From contig SMSO01000034.1 of assembly GCA_004764695.1 (NCBI GenBank), forward strand, positions 496,001-560,000: a DNA stretch of 64,000 nt, given 5' to 3'. The DNA comes from Schizochytrium sp. TIO01. Its lineage: Eukaryota > Protista > Bigyra: Labyrinthulomycetes. Position numbers and translations under genes: made by a program. Below, one piece after another: positions 34,601-45,214 of this stretch. Each line of letters opens with the position of its first letter. The stretch's first letter is position 1. Below the pieces are notes generated by a model. The model searched no databases, was not told the origin of the DNA, and saw nothing but the letters and a program-made list of their open reading frames with translations.

Positions 34601-36376
34601 GACAAAGACGCGAAAAGTGTCGAAGACATCGCTATAGTTGGCAAGAAGCGCCGTTTTGGATTTGTCGACGAGCGAACACCGCAAAAGCGCCGCAAGCTAG
34701 GTAACCCTGCGGCTACTCCAGCTAAAATCGAGGCTACTCTTGGGCGACACCAGGTTAGCAAAGTACTGCATTCTAACTCTGGCAATAGCACAGCCTTAGA
34801 ACGTATTGTTCAAGACTACCTACGTGAACAGCACCGTAAGTGCTTGGAACCTGTAACCATAATTCCTCCTATGTCGCTCCTTGGGGAGCGTCACGAATGC
34901 TCTGCGGACAAGAAGCGAACGACAGGCGCCCCAATCAATGTCATGCAGCGACTTCTGAAACGAGAGACCATTGGGGCGCATGGCAATTCTGGCTTCATGG
35001 CGCAAAATACACGATATGTCCATGGAAGATCCAAGTGGGTTCAAACCTTTCGTAATATTACGAGAAATGACGAAGAGGTCATGCCTCCCGAGCTGCTGCA
35101 GGCGGAACTTCAGCAAGCCTATACGTGCGTGGCGTTCCTGCAACCTGTGAGAGCGGGTTACGAAGATATGCTCTTCGGGACAAGTGGCGGAGATTTGGTA
35201 ATGCGAAACACACATACCTGCCGTACGTTTGCCAAGTGGAACGTTCACACGCACGGCGACGAACAAACTGCTAGCATTAAAAGTATCCATGTGGCTGGTG
35301 ATCGTGTCTTAACTCTGGCAGAGTCTGGTGCGGCGATTGTTTCCAAATTTCCAGCCTCTGTAGTTGAGGCTTATTCTGACGATGAGGAACGAATGTATAC
35401 TTATCACCTCCGGAACCAAAATAGTGATGATGACGAACTTTCTCCACTATGGGAGCATGATGAAATTGTCAATGTTGAAATGGACCAAGCATGTGTTTCT
35501 GTAGTTGCTACCATTGATGACATTGAAAGACCTGACAGTGCTGCTATTGTTTACGATTTGGAGACTGGACGCCTTGTTACTAAATTGTCGCATCCTACGC
35601 TTTCGAGCCGTTACGCCCGTCATCGGGCATGCTTCGCTCCGCATGATAGCAATTTGGTTCTACACGATGGTCTTTTGTGGGATGTACGAGCTCGTCGTCA
35701 CATCCACAAGTTTGACAAGCTCTCGCAGAATGGGCGGGCTACTTTTCGACCGGACGGCACCCATGTTGCAATTGACGCAGCTGTGTGGGATATGCGAACT
35801 TTCAAACTTTTCCTCACCTGCCAAGCGTTTGGTGGAGCTGATGTTATTTTTGACAAGGCGAGCTCGGTAGCTTACAGCTACTACCCTGATCGAACTGATG
35901 ATCGTCAAGCTTCAATTTTTACGGTTACAGATGCGTCTGACTATTCTAATATTACCACGCAAGATTTGCTTCCACACCGGATTGTCGATCTTGCATTGGA
36001 CGACATGGGTCGCAAACTTGCTGTTCTAACAGACCGAAGCATTAACAGCGAGGAATGGGACCGTTCTTGCCGCTTGTACGAGGTCGGCAGGAGCAAAATT
36101 GCTGATGGAGACGAGTTTGAAGATGAGGACCCAGATCTTGTTGAAGACGATGACGACGACGACGAGGAAGATGAGGATGACGACGAAGATGACGACGACG
36201 ACGATGAGGATGAGGATGATTTAGATGAGGACGGAGATGACGACGACGACGAGGAGGATGAGCACGATATGTTTTTTGATGAGGATGATGAGGATGAAGG
36301 AGCAGTCTCCAGCGCACATGATTTATCTCAGATGGATTTTGGGGAGCTTTTCTTTAGTCGCCCTCGACCTGAATGA
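31691..36376 (+). CDS. DCAF1: DDB1- and CUL4-associated factor 1 (DCAF1/VprBP)
   Basis: ARM-like N-terminal half; LisH (ELLGLIEGHLRENGFSHAADVL); IVQDYLREQHRKC..P....PPMSLL..HEC motif; WD40 region with LWDVR/IHKFDK/VWDMR; long acidic tail. First ATG at 31691. Confidence 0.93.
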   Translation: MSAEGVPAGGGAPTAHVSEEDESASLEHMIESCVQTLKNLGPHDLASRLAVNDANVQAAIGKIDKIADALERLDAEFLEEKGHSPLTDREEFPIGQAIRVLIDHDEWTSILTSCLSWESSSLRPNLGVKLAAMRLLVAFYHATTDDGYYYEVFLLESIISYQELLAYAYGDAFISTVAGPSSSSSSAANSSLTPTVRRRRRASLRPSARVDDEMAKQVLRWWKERPSEARLLRSRATALLAAHVNVERVPAEYIADYIVETHADRGMSVSFPRVLLKRLRTELIDAYEHGTRKLRGHRVSERSCAEIRKFSAQNSEILNACRLYAHLAEINASVIRPVLQENGVDMLLRLLKIDCEDAALRWGVIELLTVLVKFRKFANELVDVGGVSVLFRLAQETSLPEFLFPMTTDCFAGLAETSIGKICQTQKPLIEDLNTFMLQQINSTQDGVNDSALGYFREALKCPANLRIFDRLQGLYKVLDAISAVFESEEFFKEHEETLTSAIGVLESYFRVHVAIAAHLARFEQQQNQQQQQPSQQTQHVRPRSNSIDSRSSFGSATSGGFHRARNLPEDKPVEIDDVAHGNDMTFLQTNFDAVLRLLSRSTWAPVETLLHYVLPNRSTNTQEQQSTEEHNEGHSQEQLKVINKPTLAEQSQHQLHPQATHEESSATSQPSSAHGATVSQANRKDGLLLLLDVVRNGYLAPAVKALQILRIVTLVPSTYKMVCEASLPSQMPIAAVINNDGHADGEEENILGISVLLDAMGTLEDREAELIVAGLEVLCNCCTPTYGDDRAQKPVRRLARDNNALMALLSLLRYDETPKYADQIRYLACLVLQGLAKDHHVAQVLETLNLTQALTKIARTEPVLVENKRIHKRLKREALKLIEHISGTDIGDVADATNKRLLRNSIVERTQISFNSRELLGLIEGHLRENGFSHAADVLGTEVKTRYGEGQHSKGASTRFLWPTKYLTGDKDAKSVEDIAIVGKKRRFGFVDERTPQKRRKLGNPAATPAKIEATLGRHQVSKVLHSNSGNSTALERIVQDYLREQHRKCLEPVTIIPPMSLLGERHECSADKKRTTGAPINVMQRLLKRETIGAHGNSGFMAQNTRYVHGRSKWVQTFRNITRNDEEVMPPELLQAELQQAYTCVAFLQPVRAGYEDMLFGTSGGDLVMRNTHTCRTFAKWNVHTHGDEQTASIKSIHVAGDRVLTLAESGAAIVSKFPASVVEAYSDDEERMYTYHLRNQNSDDDELSPLWEHDEIVNVEMDQACVSVVATIDDIERPDSAAIVYDLETGRLVTKLSHPTLSSRYARHRACFAPHDSNLVLHDGLLWDVRARRHIHKFDKLSQNGRATFRPDGTHVAIDAAVWDMRTFKLFLTCQAFGGADVIFDKASSVAYSYYPDRTDDRQASIFTVTDASDYSNITTQDLLPHRIVDLALDDMGRKLAVLTDRSINSEEWDRSCRLYEVGRSKIADGDEFEDEDPDLVEDDDDDDEEDEDDDEDDDDDDEDEDDLDEDGDDDDDEEDEHDMFFDEDDEDEGAVSSAHDLSQMDFGELFFSRPRPE

Positions 36377-36728
36377 GAGTAGATCAGGAAAATTAATAGT
36401 GAAGAACTCTTACCATTTATCTGTGATCCTGTGATCTGTCTATTGTAATCTTACTTATTTTCCTTTGCAGAGCTAAGAGTTGAAGCGCTTCTGAATTTAG
36501 GCAGACTGACAAATCAAATTTTAAAATTCTTCTTATGCTCATTTTACTTTTAAAATAGACCGATTAAACCGTAACCGTAACCCAATCTTTTATGACAACA
36601 ATTATGCTGCTTTATTCTCTTGAAACAAGCGTATGTACTGACTTTCCATTGTACAGAATCTCGATTTTTAAAATCCGCAGACTGCGTTCCTTTCATATTA
36701 TTTGAATGCTAACTTTGAAACTGCCTCC

Positions 36729-37145
36729 TTAAGGAATCGCACACTCGGGCCCAAAAGCGATGTCGAAAGATTGGAGCAACTGCAGATGATTGAATTCATC
36801 AAAGTATTGGCGTACGTGTCTCCAAGCTGAGCGGCCTCCGCGCATCATATGCCACCCTTTGAAGTCGCGGTCCGTGATATTAGTGACATCCAGTATTTGA
36901 ATGTGCCGGTGACGAGGATCCTTCTTGATAAATTCCATCAATTTCTTCACTGTGGTCTCCTCCCCTTCTAAAACTTGGATGACCTCGTGCGTATCATGAT
37001 GAAACATCAACGCCCCAGAGATGTTTTTTTCTTTGTTTCTCATCTCTGCGTGTCTGCAAATACGTTCAACGAATTCATCGGTGTGGTTGTAGTAATCCAT
37101 CGTGATTTTGAGATGGGACATGTACACGAGTCGGACAAGCCCCAT
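36729..37145 (-). CDS. Stand-alone BLUF (blue-light, FAD) domain protein, 138 aa
   Basis: RLVYMS (Tyr), RN...NISGALM, IQVLEG (Gln), IKKDPRH, RDFKGWHM (Trp/Met): the full BLUF consensus. Confidence 0.92.
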   Translation of the reverse strand: MGLVRLVYMSHLKITMDYYNHTDEFVERICRHAEMRNKEKNISGALMFHHDTHEVIQVLEGEETTVKKLMEFIKKDPRHRHIQILDVTNITDRDFKGWHMMRGGRSAWRHVRQYFDEFNHLQLLQSFDIAFGPECAIP

Positions 37146-40100
37146 TGTTTTTATCCTATGCTGCCAGCAGCAGCTACAAGCACGGCGTTCTGAAAAAGTA
37201 GATTTCCGCTGAAAACTACCTCCGGATCAGGTTGCTTCGCAAAGGCTGACAAGGTCTTGTGCTGCCGAGCAGTTGTAAGCAACAGTTGCTTCAGGAGGGT
37301 AGACTAGTTTGCATTCAATGAAAGGTCAATGCAAGAAGAGGTTCTTCCCTTAGTTTCGGTATTGCTTGGCCGCCAACACTCGATGAATATGTAGTCATTC
37401 GAGTGAAGTGGTTTATACTCAATTCAATCTTTCACTCTTGAAGCATTACTTTTCAGCACTAGCTGACTTTACTTCAAAACACTTTCAGGCCTTGTGATCA
37501 TTGCTGTTTATCACCAAAGTTGACCAGGTTACAAAATCACGAAAGTGCGTTTGTGCTTTTAAAACAAAATGAAGCGTCCTTTGGAGTACTAGGGGAAGCT
37601 CCATAGCTTAGGTGTCGTTAGCAGCGCCGCGCTGGCCTCTGCTATTTTAAAACACTGTTTGGATAAAGCTGGATAGTTTTTAAGGGTCGTGGCCACTTGT
37701 TCCTGCAGGGTCTGGACTGATCCGCTTGGTCTATTGCCTTAGCCATTCAAAACGCATTCGGGTGTTGGTCAGGCCTGGGCTATTTGCAACATCCTGTGCT
37801 CTGGATGTCGCAAATCCATGTATGAATATGGTCCTACCATATTTATTGACTGTTCACTGGTTATACAGAGCGATGATAGTTTTGGGGTCTAGATTGTGGG
37901 CCTCAAGGATTGACCTGTGATCATGGCCTCAGAAATTAATCCTAGCATCTGTAACTTAGTGGCCTCAAAGGGTTGGCATGAAAAGGTGGAGTCTGGCCTG
38001 GTTTAGGAATTTTTCAACGAACTCAAGGCCAATCTTGTGGCAAGTGTGCACTGTGCTTAGCGCACAGGTCATTTCTTTTTCAAGATTATAACTTTAAATT
38101 AATTAAATTAAATTAAATTGAAAAAAATGATTGGTAAAAATGAATGAAAAATAAATCCGTTTAGTTCTTACTTATAAATATCTGTTGTCCCTATATGCAA
38201 ACCATTTCAATTATTGCACATTCTGTTAAAATTCCCCCAAAAATTTCCTGTGAACTGACTGTGTGCTATGACGCGTGGCTTGGAAACCAAGGCTCACCTT
38301 GCACAGATAGCTTCAAAGTTTTCTGTTGTTCTAAAGACATTGACAGTCGTGCGATTTAATTTCTCATACAAAACGCGAAAGCAATTTCTCTAACAGAGCT
38401 TCGGGCCCTAGCATACGACATTTGCTGAAGAAGTAGCTACCTCCCGAACAACTGTAAAAATTGAAATACAAAACCAGACTTACACATCCTTTCGCATCGC
38501 ATCGCCGTACCTATTAGTATGCGTATCTCAACCAGTCCATGATCGTCAGCACATGAAGCATAACCAAAGTCTTTGGTTGGCTTCTTAGATTTGCACTCGT
38601 GCCATCCATTCTTCCAAATCCCCTACATTCCCCAAAATGACTACAGTCTTCGACAGGTTATTATGCAATCCACTTCCCCCATAACATTCTCTCAATTAGA
38701 AGAAATACTTAAGACCCGCAAAGGCTTTAACAAAGGCGTGCCATAAGCTGGACCTTGAGCTTCTTTCAGCAAGAAGAGAAGAGAAAGATGACGCAATTCA
38801 CGCCAAGTTCTCCAACAATTCCGTGCCACAGATTCGGGAATTAATTTCAGGAGTTTGTCGAATGTACTGGTGCAAAGTCAAACAGTGGACTCTCATTGTT
38901 GCACAAGAAGTGGTTCACTATTCTTCAATTATGTCTTAGCAAAAAAGAGGCCAAGTGCTCAAGAAAAAGAGATACCGAACCGGAGCAGTAAGCGTGTCCC
39001 CGGCCAAAATAATATTCCAGCTTATACATCATGTGGCTTGAATGGAAGGAGGTCTTTTCCTTGTCTTTATTTTTAAGTACGCGAAGGATTTGGGAAAGGT
39101 TCTCAAGGAAAAAAAACACTCAACCAGGACGGGATCCAGTTCCCCAGCCAAAATAAGATTTTAAATTTAAAAAATGAACTGTCTGTGCAGTCACAGTGTA
39201 GTAGAAAGTATAATATAGACTAAAAGCTTCAGTACCTGCCCTGCCGTGCACAGAGGTAAGCTTGAGGTAAAATGAAAAAAGAATACAAAGTTACTGTTGC
39301 TACATCGTAAAGTTTGAAAGTATTGAAGAGCTATTTCTATATAGACTCAACTACAACCCTCTATAGGGAGTGGTACAAGATGTAGCTTTTTCTGAGGTAT
39401 CCAGTTATATGTGGACGTCTCACTTCCAGGCATCTTTCTCGCCTTGTGAAGGAGAAGTGTCACTTGGCACATGATTTCTTCAAACACGTATATATTTCTG
39501 ATACCGACATTCGAGACGAGGGATTCTCTGTTGCAACAAGTTTGTGAGGATGCAGTTCGCTTTGAATTGAGATAGATAGCGATATTCCAGCGAAGGCCTC
39601 AAGGCGAGCATTGGGGCATGCTTGGATTTGGATCTAAATAAATGTCACTTCCTTCTTCTCCGGTTCGGGTCAACTTTTTTCCTATCGTTTGATGCGTTCT
39701 TCGTAGCTTTAAAATAATAAGTTGCTTTAGAGTACCTTACTCCATAATCGAGAGGGGCTGTTCCTTTCTACCGGGCAATTTCTCTCCTGGGTAGTAGCAA
39801 GAGCGGTGTCAATAGATCTATGTCTTGACATGCCATCAAGAGATTTAAAAGGAAGCCTAGCTGAGCTTGTTTGGCCTTGAAACAGCCGCCTCTGATCCTT
39901 TTCATTTGAAGCTCCATTGATGTTTTCATGTCAACTTCGCTCATGGAATGCTGTCGCAACTAGACGAGGCTGGTCTCGCTTTTTTCATCAGGTAATCACA
40001 AGACCTCATGTTCAATACTTGCCTACGGATTACTTTTATTGCGTCCGCAGGCGGCTGGCAAAATGCAAGTAAACTCTGATGCCGATTGTTCTAAAACCTG

Positions 40101-40631
40101 TAAATCTAGTTTAAGCCGAGATGGAACGTCTTACCGCCTGCCCAGCATTTAATGTAAATCTGAGTCTGGAATTAACAGCAATAACTGCCTTGTACAACAG
40201 ACCGCACAAGTTCAGTATAATAATGTTTTGATCAACAGAACTTTGTAGTTGAATCGATTTTCTATCCTTACATCAAGACAAAGTGTATTGTCTGCAGATT
40301 TATCTTGTTAATTAAGAGCCCTGTTAATAACGCTATCCTGCGTGATCTAATAATTTTTCGTATCTTGCCTATCGCAATTGTCAGGATGTATATAAGGAAA
40401 GAATCGATATAGTGTATAGTGTATAGCAACCAGTTCTAGGTGTTGCATCAAGATTTCAAAACTTTTTCATGGACCATTTCTTTTTATATGAGAAGAAGGG
40501 TTAAGGACAGACAGTTCTTTCTAACAGAGAATTAAATGTAAACTAGTAAGAGAGAAATTGTTCAAGGAAGCGCTAATTGATTGTTGCAATAGTTTGGAGG
40601 TGCTAGTAGTACGTTTGTGATTGTGCCACTT

Positions 40632-43271
40632 TTAGACGACACGGACAGCAGCCGAAGCGCTATCAGAGGAGGCCTGAGAGAGCTCAAGAGAGCTTCCAGC
40701 GTGAGAAGGGCGTCCACCGTTTCCAATACGCTTGGCTTGGCTTACAGCCGTGTGGATCTTGTACAACATGTAGCCCAGGATCAGAAGAAGGACAAGTTCA
40801 ATGACCGAGATAACGATGGCAGCAGTGGCGATAGCCATAGCCTGGTCAATCTCCTTGTGGACATGTTCATCGTCATCGTCTGACTCAGCAGCGGAAGAGG
40901 AGCCAGATTCGAGGGAAGCTACACGAGCTACCAGAGCCTGGATGGTGGTGTTGAGGGTGTCAATCTGGTCAGCAGAGGCAGTGTCCTCAAGGGTAGAGAC
41001 ACGGTCCTCGAGGTCGGTAATGTCATCGTCCATGTCCTCAAGAGCAGTCTGGGTGATCACCTCGCGCTTCTCACTAATCACATAAGCACCAGCTCCGGTG
41101 TACACGAGAGTGGTGTCAGACTCGAACACAAACTCGGTTACATCAGCAGGCATCTCAAGGAGGTTGTCGACACCGTCCAAGCACATTGTGCGGAGGTCAT
41201 CGGTGAGGGGAACAAAGCTATAGTCAGTCATCAGCTCCTGGCCCATATCCTCGTTGAGGACATACTGCAAGAATGCCTTGAGCAATGCAGCCGAAGAGCC
41301 AAGGCTGGTCAGGTCCTGGCGAACGTAGAGGTAAGAGACAAGGACAATGGGGAAGGCATCCGAGCCATCGGTGTTAATAAGGGACACGTCAGAGTAGTCG
41401 GAGGTGATGTTAGAAGGCCAGGCGGAGTAGGCCGAGGCTGCCTTTTGGATTCCAGCCGTGGAAGACTGCACAAGATCGCCGTTCTTGTTCACGAGGGTGA
41501 TCTCAGAGAGCTCATCGGGGTAGCCATGACTGACGGAGAGGTAACCAATAGAGTATTCGTTGGCTTCAAGGTACTCCTGAATGCCACCAGATCCAGAATC
41601 GGAAGTGCAAGTGCCAGCAGCAGAGCATGGCCAGTCAATGAGCTTACCAACGAGATCAGAGCTCCATTCATCACTGCACTCATCGTTAAGGTATGTCGTA
41701 AATCCAGAGGTGGAGCTTGATCCGGTATCACGGTGAACAGGCAAGATAGTTTGGTCCACACTGGAAAGCCAGCTGTTCTCGGTGCTAGCGCTAGCGAGCT
41801 CATTCCAGTTGGTGATGTCACCGTTGTAAATCTTGGCAAGGTTACACGCAGTGATAACAAGGCTACGAGAGGAATCGGCACGAAGTTCAGGGATGTTGAC
41901 ATAAACTGAGACAGCACCGAAGGCAAAGGGGATCTGGGCAATAACGTGGTGCTCAGTAATGCTTGCGTAGTCGTCAGCGCTGAAGGGGATATCGCCAGAT
42001 CCAAATTGTGTGTAAGGGAGGTATCCAGAAGCTTCGTTACCCATCATTTCGGACTGGCCGTCACCACTGCCGATGGCACGGTACGTCATTTTGACAGGAA
42101 TACGGGTTCCGGAGTGGAAGAGGTCAAAGACGTGCCAGAAAAAGGTAGATGGGTTAGTAGTACCACTGCCTTGAAGCACGACAGTCGGAAGGCTGTAAAG
42201 GCTGGAGGTTTCGGTGAAGGTAACGATACTGCTGAGCAAACTAATTTCGCTTGTTGTGCCCTCATTCACAGTGGCACCACCGAAGATGTACACAGTGTCA
42301 TCAATCGTAGCGGAAGCCGCGCGAAAGCGGTCATCACCAAGCTCACCAGCGTAGCGCCAGTCTCCAGAGTACAAAACCTCAATACTGGCAATGCCGTATG
42401 TGAGGTTATCGTTACCGTGGTTCATCTTGGTGCTCTGGCCACCAAATGTGTACACGCGGTCGTTAAGAATGCTGATGGTGGAGTCACCACGGGTGGTAGA
42501 AAGATCATCAGCCTCAAGGTACCAGGTGTTGTTAGTGGGGTCGAAGCGCTCAACAGTGTTAAGGTGTTCAGAGTCATTGTCACCATCACCATCACCGTAG
42601 CCGCCAATAACGTATCCCTCACCGCTAAGAATGACAGACTGAACATCACCACGCTGCACGTTCAAACTAACATTCAAATAGGTAAGATTTGTTTCGGTAA
42701 TGCTGATGGTGTTGTTAAAGTCGGCCCAAGAGGCAGTCCAGCCACCGACCACGTAGATTACATCGTTGATGGTGAAGGCGGTGCCGTCTGTGATACCTTC
42801 GGTTAAGGCCACATCGGCAGAAGTACTCCAGGAGCCCGTGGTAGTGTCATAAATATCGATTTCTGTGTAAGCCTGTTGGCTAGTGTTAGTGCCAGTACCA
42901 TCGGATCCACCAATGATGAAGATCTTGTCCCCAATCATGCCAGCCATGTGGCGGTAGCGGGCGTTGGGTGCGTCTTCGAGTTCAACAAGATCCCGGCTGG
43001 CAAAGACAGGTTCCGGGTCAAACATGTACGCCTTCTTTGACACCGATGTACAAGTACCATCGGTCTCAGTCTGGGCCAAGCAGCCACCAAAGAGAAATAC
43101 CTTGGATCCCACGACGGTGGCCGTCAAATCCGAGACTCCAGCAGGGAGGACTGTTGAGTTCATGGTCGCAATTACATGCTGCATGGGCTCCACATACCCA
43201 GCTGAGCATGCCTGGAGGAGGGCTCCAACGACCACCGCAGCACTCAGAAACATCTTTTCGGGGCCCATCAT
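40632..43271 (-). CDS. Type I membrane protein: signal peptide, 6 Kelch repeats, PstS-like phosphate-binding domain, coiled coil, TM; 879 aa
   Basis: Six GG-containing Kelch blades (VFLFGG, IFIIGG, IYVVGG, GYVIGG, VYTFGG, VYIFGG); PstS motifs GSGTTNP, IGSGDG, FGSGDIP, IYNGDITNWN, VHRDTGSSST, SIGYL, AFPIV; heptad stalk; TM near the C-terminus. Confidence 0.9.
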   Translation of the reverse strand: MMGPEKMFLSAAVVVGALLQACSAGYVEPMQHVIATMNSTVLPAGVSDLTATVVGSKVFLFGGCLAQTETDGTCTSVSKKAYMFDPEPVFASRDLVELEDAPNARYRHMAGMIGDKIFIIGGSDGTGTNTSQQAYTEIDIYDTTTGSWSTSADVALTEGITDGTAFTINDVIYVVGGWTASWADFNNTISITETNLTYLNVSLNVQRGDVQSVILSGEGYVIGGYGDGDGDNDSEHLNTVERFDPTNNTWYLEADDLSTTRGDSTISILNDRVYTFGGQSTKMNHGNDNLTYGIASIEVLYSGDWRYAGELGDDRFRAASATIDDTVYIFGGATVNEGTTSEISLLSSIVTFTETSSLYSLPTVVLQGSGTTNPSTFFWHVFDLFHSGTRIPVKMTYRAIGSGDGQSEMMGNEASGYLPYTQFGSGDIPFSADDYASITEHHVIAQIPFAFGAVSVYVNIPELRADSSRSLVITACNLAKIYNGDITNWNELASASTENSWLSSVDQTILPVHRDTGSSSTSGFTTYLNDECSDEWSSDLVGKLIDWPCSAAGTCTSDSGSGGIQEYLEANEYSIGYLSVSHGYPDELSEITLVNKNGDLVQSSTAGIQKAASAYSAWPSNITSDYSDVSLINTDGSDAFPIVLVSYLYVRQDLTSLGSSAALLKAFLQYVLNEDMGQELMTDYSFVPLTDDLRTMCLDGVDNLLEMPADVTEFVFESDTTLVYTGAGAYVISEKREVITQTALEDMDDDITDLEDRVSTLEDTASADQIDTLNTTIQALVARVASLESGSSSAAESDDDDEHVHKEIDQAMAIATAAIVISVIELVLLLILGYMLYKIHTAVSQAKRIGNGGRPSHAGSSLELSQASSDSASAAVRVV

Positions 43272-43727
43272 GCCTCAAGCTGATGCTAGCCACCCGTAGC
43301 TTTTCTGGATCTTCCACACCCTCACTCCTGTTTCGGGTTTGCCGTCTCGTCTGCTTTGGTTGGTATCATCAAAATCATTCCATCATTTCTTCGCTTGGCT
43401 TTTCCTATTCAATCTTTTCATTTATCCCTTTTTTCCCCCCTTTTTTTTTTTTGTCTTGTTTCAAATTACCCAAAAGAGAGTAAATTTCAAGTTTTAGTTT
43501 TGCAAATAACACTTCTTCCATCCTGACCACTATAGAATAATAATAACAACACCTACCTACCACGAGCTCTTTAGTACCCAGAGCTATTTCCCTTTTCATT
43601 TCAAAGTTAAATTCCTCTCTCTAATTATTGACAAAGAAAAGAATGAACCAAGCTCAAGCATTTAAGTTAAACACTGAAAAGTTATATTTTATTAAAAATG
43701 AAAGTGCGGAGAATATGACGAGACCTT

Positions 43728-44099
<372 letters not shown>

Positions 44100-44772
44100 T
44101 ATTATTAAAAGAAGTTATAACTGGTTAGGTTCTCCAGACCAGACCGGACCAAACACTGTTCTTCTTTCTACCCTTCAAACCTGACAGGAACTCGTTGATT
44201 CGGGTGCTTATTTGCAGCGCCTTACGCGTCTCTCCAAACTCCATCCGCTCCGTCCAGTCGACAATCGAGGCTTCGCCCCTCATCCAATACCTCTTTTCTC
44301 GAGATAACAGAAGTACAGGTCCTCAGCCTTTTAGCTTTTCTTCATTTATATAAAATATAAGAATGAAATGTTTTTTACCCTTTTAGAGGCGACTTTATAT
44401 AACACTTTTTAAATCATATAAATATACAACTTCAAACTACCCGAACAAAATAAAGTAAAAACCTCCACTTGCTACAAAAAGCAGGCCAACCTGAGTGACA
44501 GTTGCTTTTACTTCCTTCCCTTCATATCCCTTCTTTCATTTTCTATTTTTTCAAAGACCTAGAACTTCCCTTCTTTCGAGGCAGTGGACACATATTAGCT
44601 GTACTTACATCATGCGGCCATGCTTAGTTAGCGAGTGAGCGAGCGAAAGATGGAAAACGTGATTCCTTTTCTTCTCAAAGCTACCTTAAACGTTTCCAAT
44701 CAGATACCGCAATGTCTTGAAATAATGGTCATAGGTAGCGCTAGGTACAAACTTTCTCTCTCGTTCTCCACC

Positions 44773-45214
44773 CATTCATTCATTCATTCATTCATTCATT
44801 CATTCATTCATTCATTCATTCATTCACTCCTTCTTTCATTCCATGCGTCTCCGTTCGTCTCCATTCATTTCATTCATCTTATTCATCTTATTCATCTTTT
44901 TTATTTCATTCATCCCCACTATCGAAATCCTTCTGCTTTTCCTCAATCATCGAACCAAACGGAGCTCTCCTCTATCGCGCCTTCTCAGCCAATCGATACA
45001 TACATTCATTCCTTCATTCATACATGTACATACATACACCTGTATATGTGTTACATGAATTTATATATATACATAGTACATGATATTGTTTATACGTACG
45101 TACGTATGTATATACATGAATGAAAGAATGAAAGAATGAAAGAATGAAAGAATGAAAGAATGAAAGAATGAAAGAATGAATGAATGAGTGAATGAATGAA
45201 TGAATGAATGAATG
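44773..45214. repeat. Compound microsatellite block: (TTCA)n ... (GAAAGAAT)n(GAAT)n
   Basis: (TTCA)n at about 44773-44825; (GAAAGAAT)n and (GAAT)n at about 45116-45214. Confidence 0.9.

Noticed and set aside
41946-42806. Long antisense ORFs over Kelch-PstS, RRP5, DCAF1 and kdsA
   Set aside because: Shadow ORFs caused by codon bias of the real genes.
11874-43271. SLC13 plus Kelch-PstS as a phosphate gene cluster
   Set aside because: 27 kb apart with unrelated housekeeping genes between; the SLC13 has no SPX domain and its substrate is unknown.
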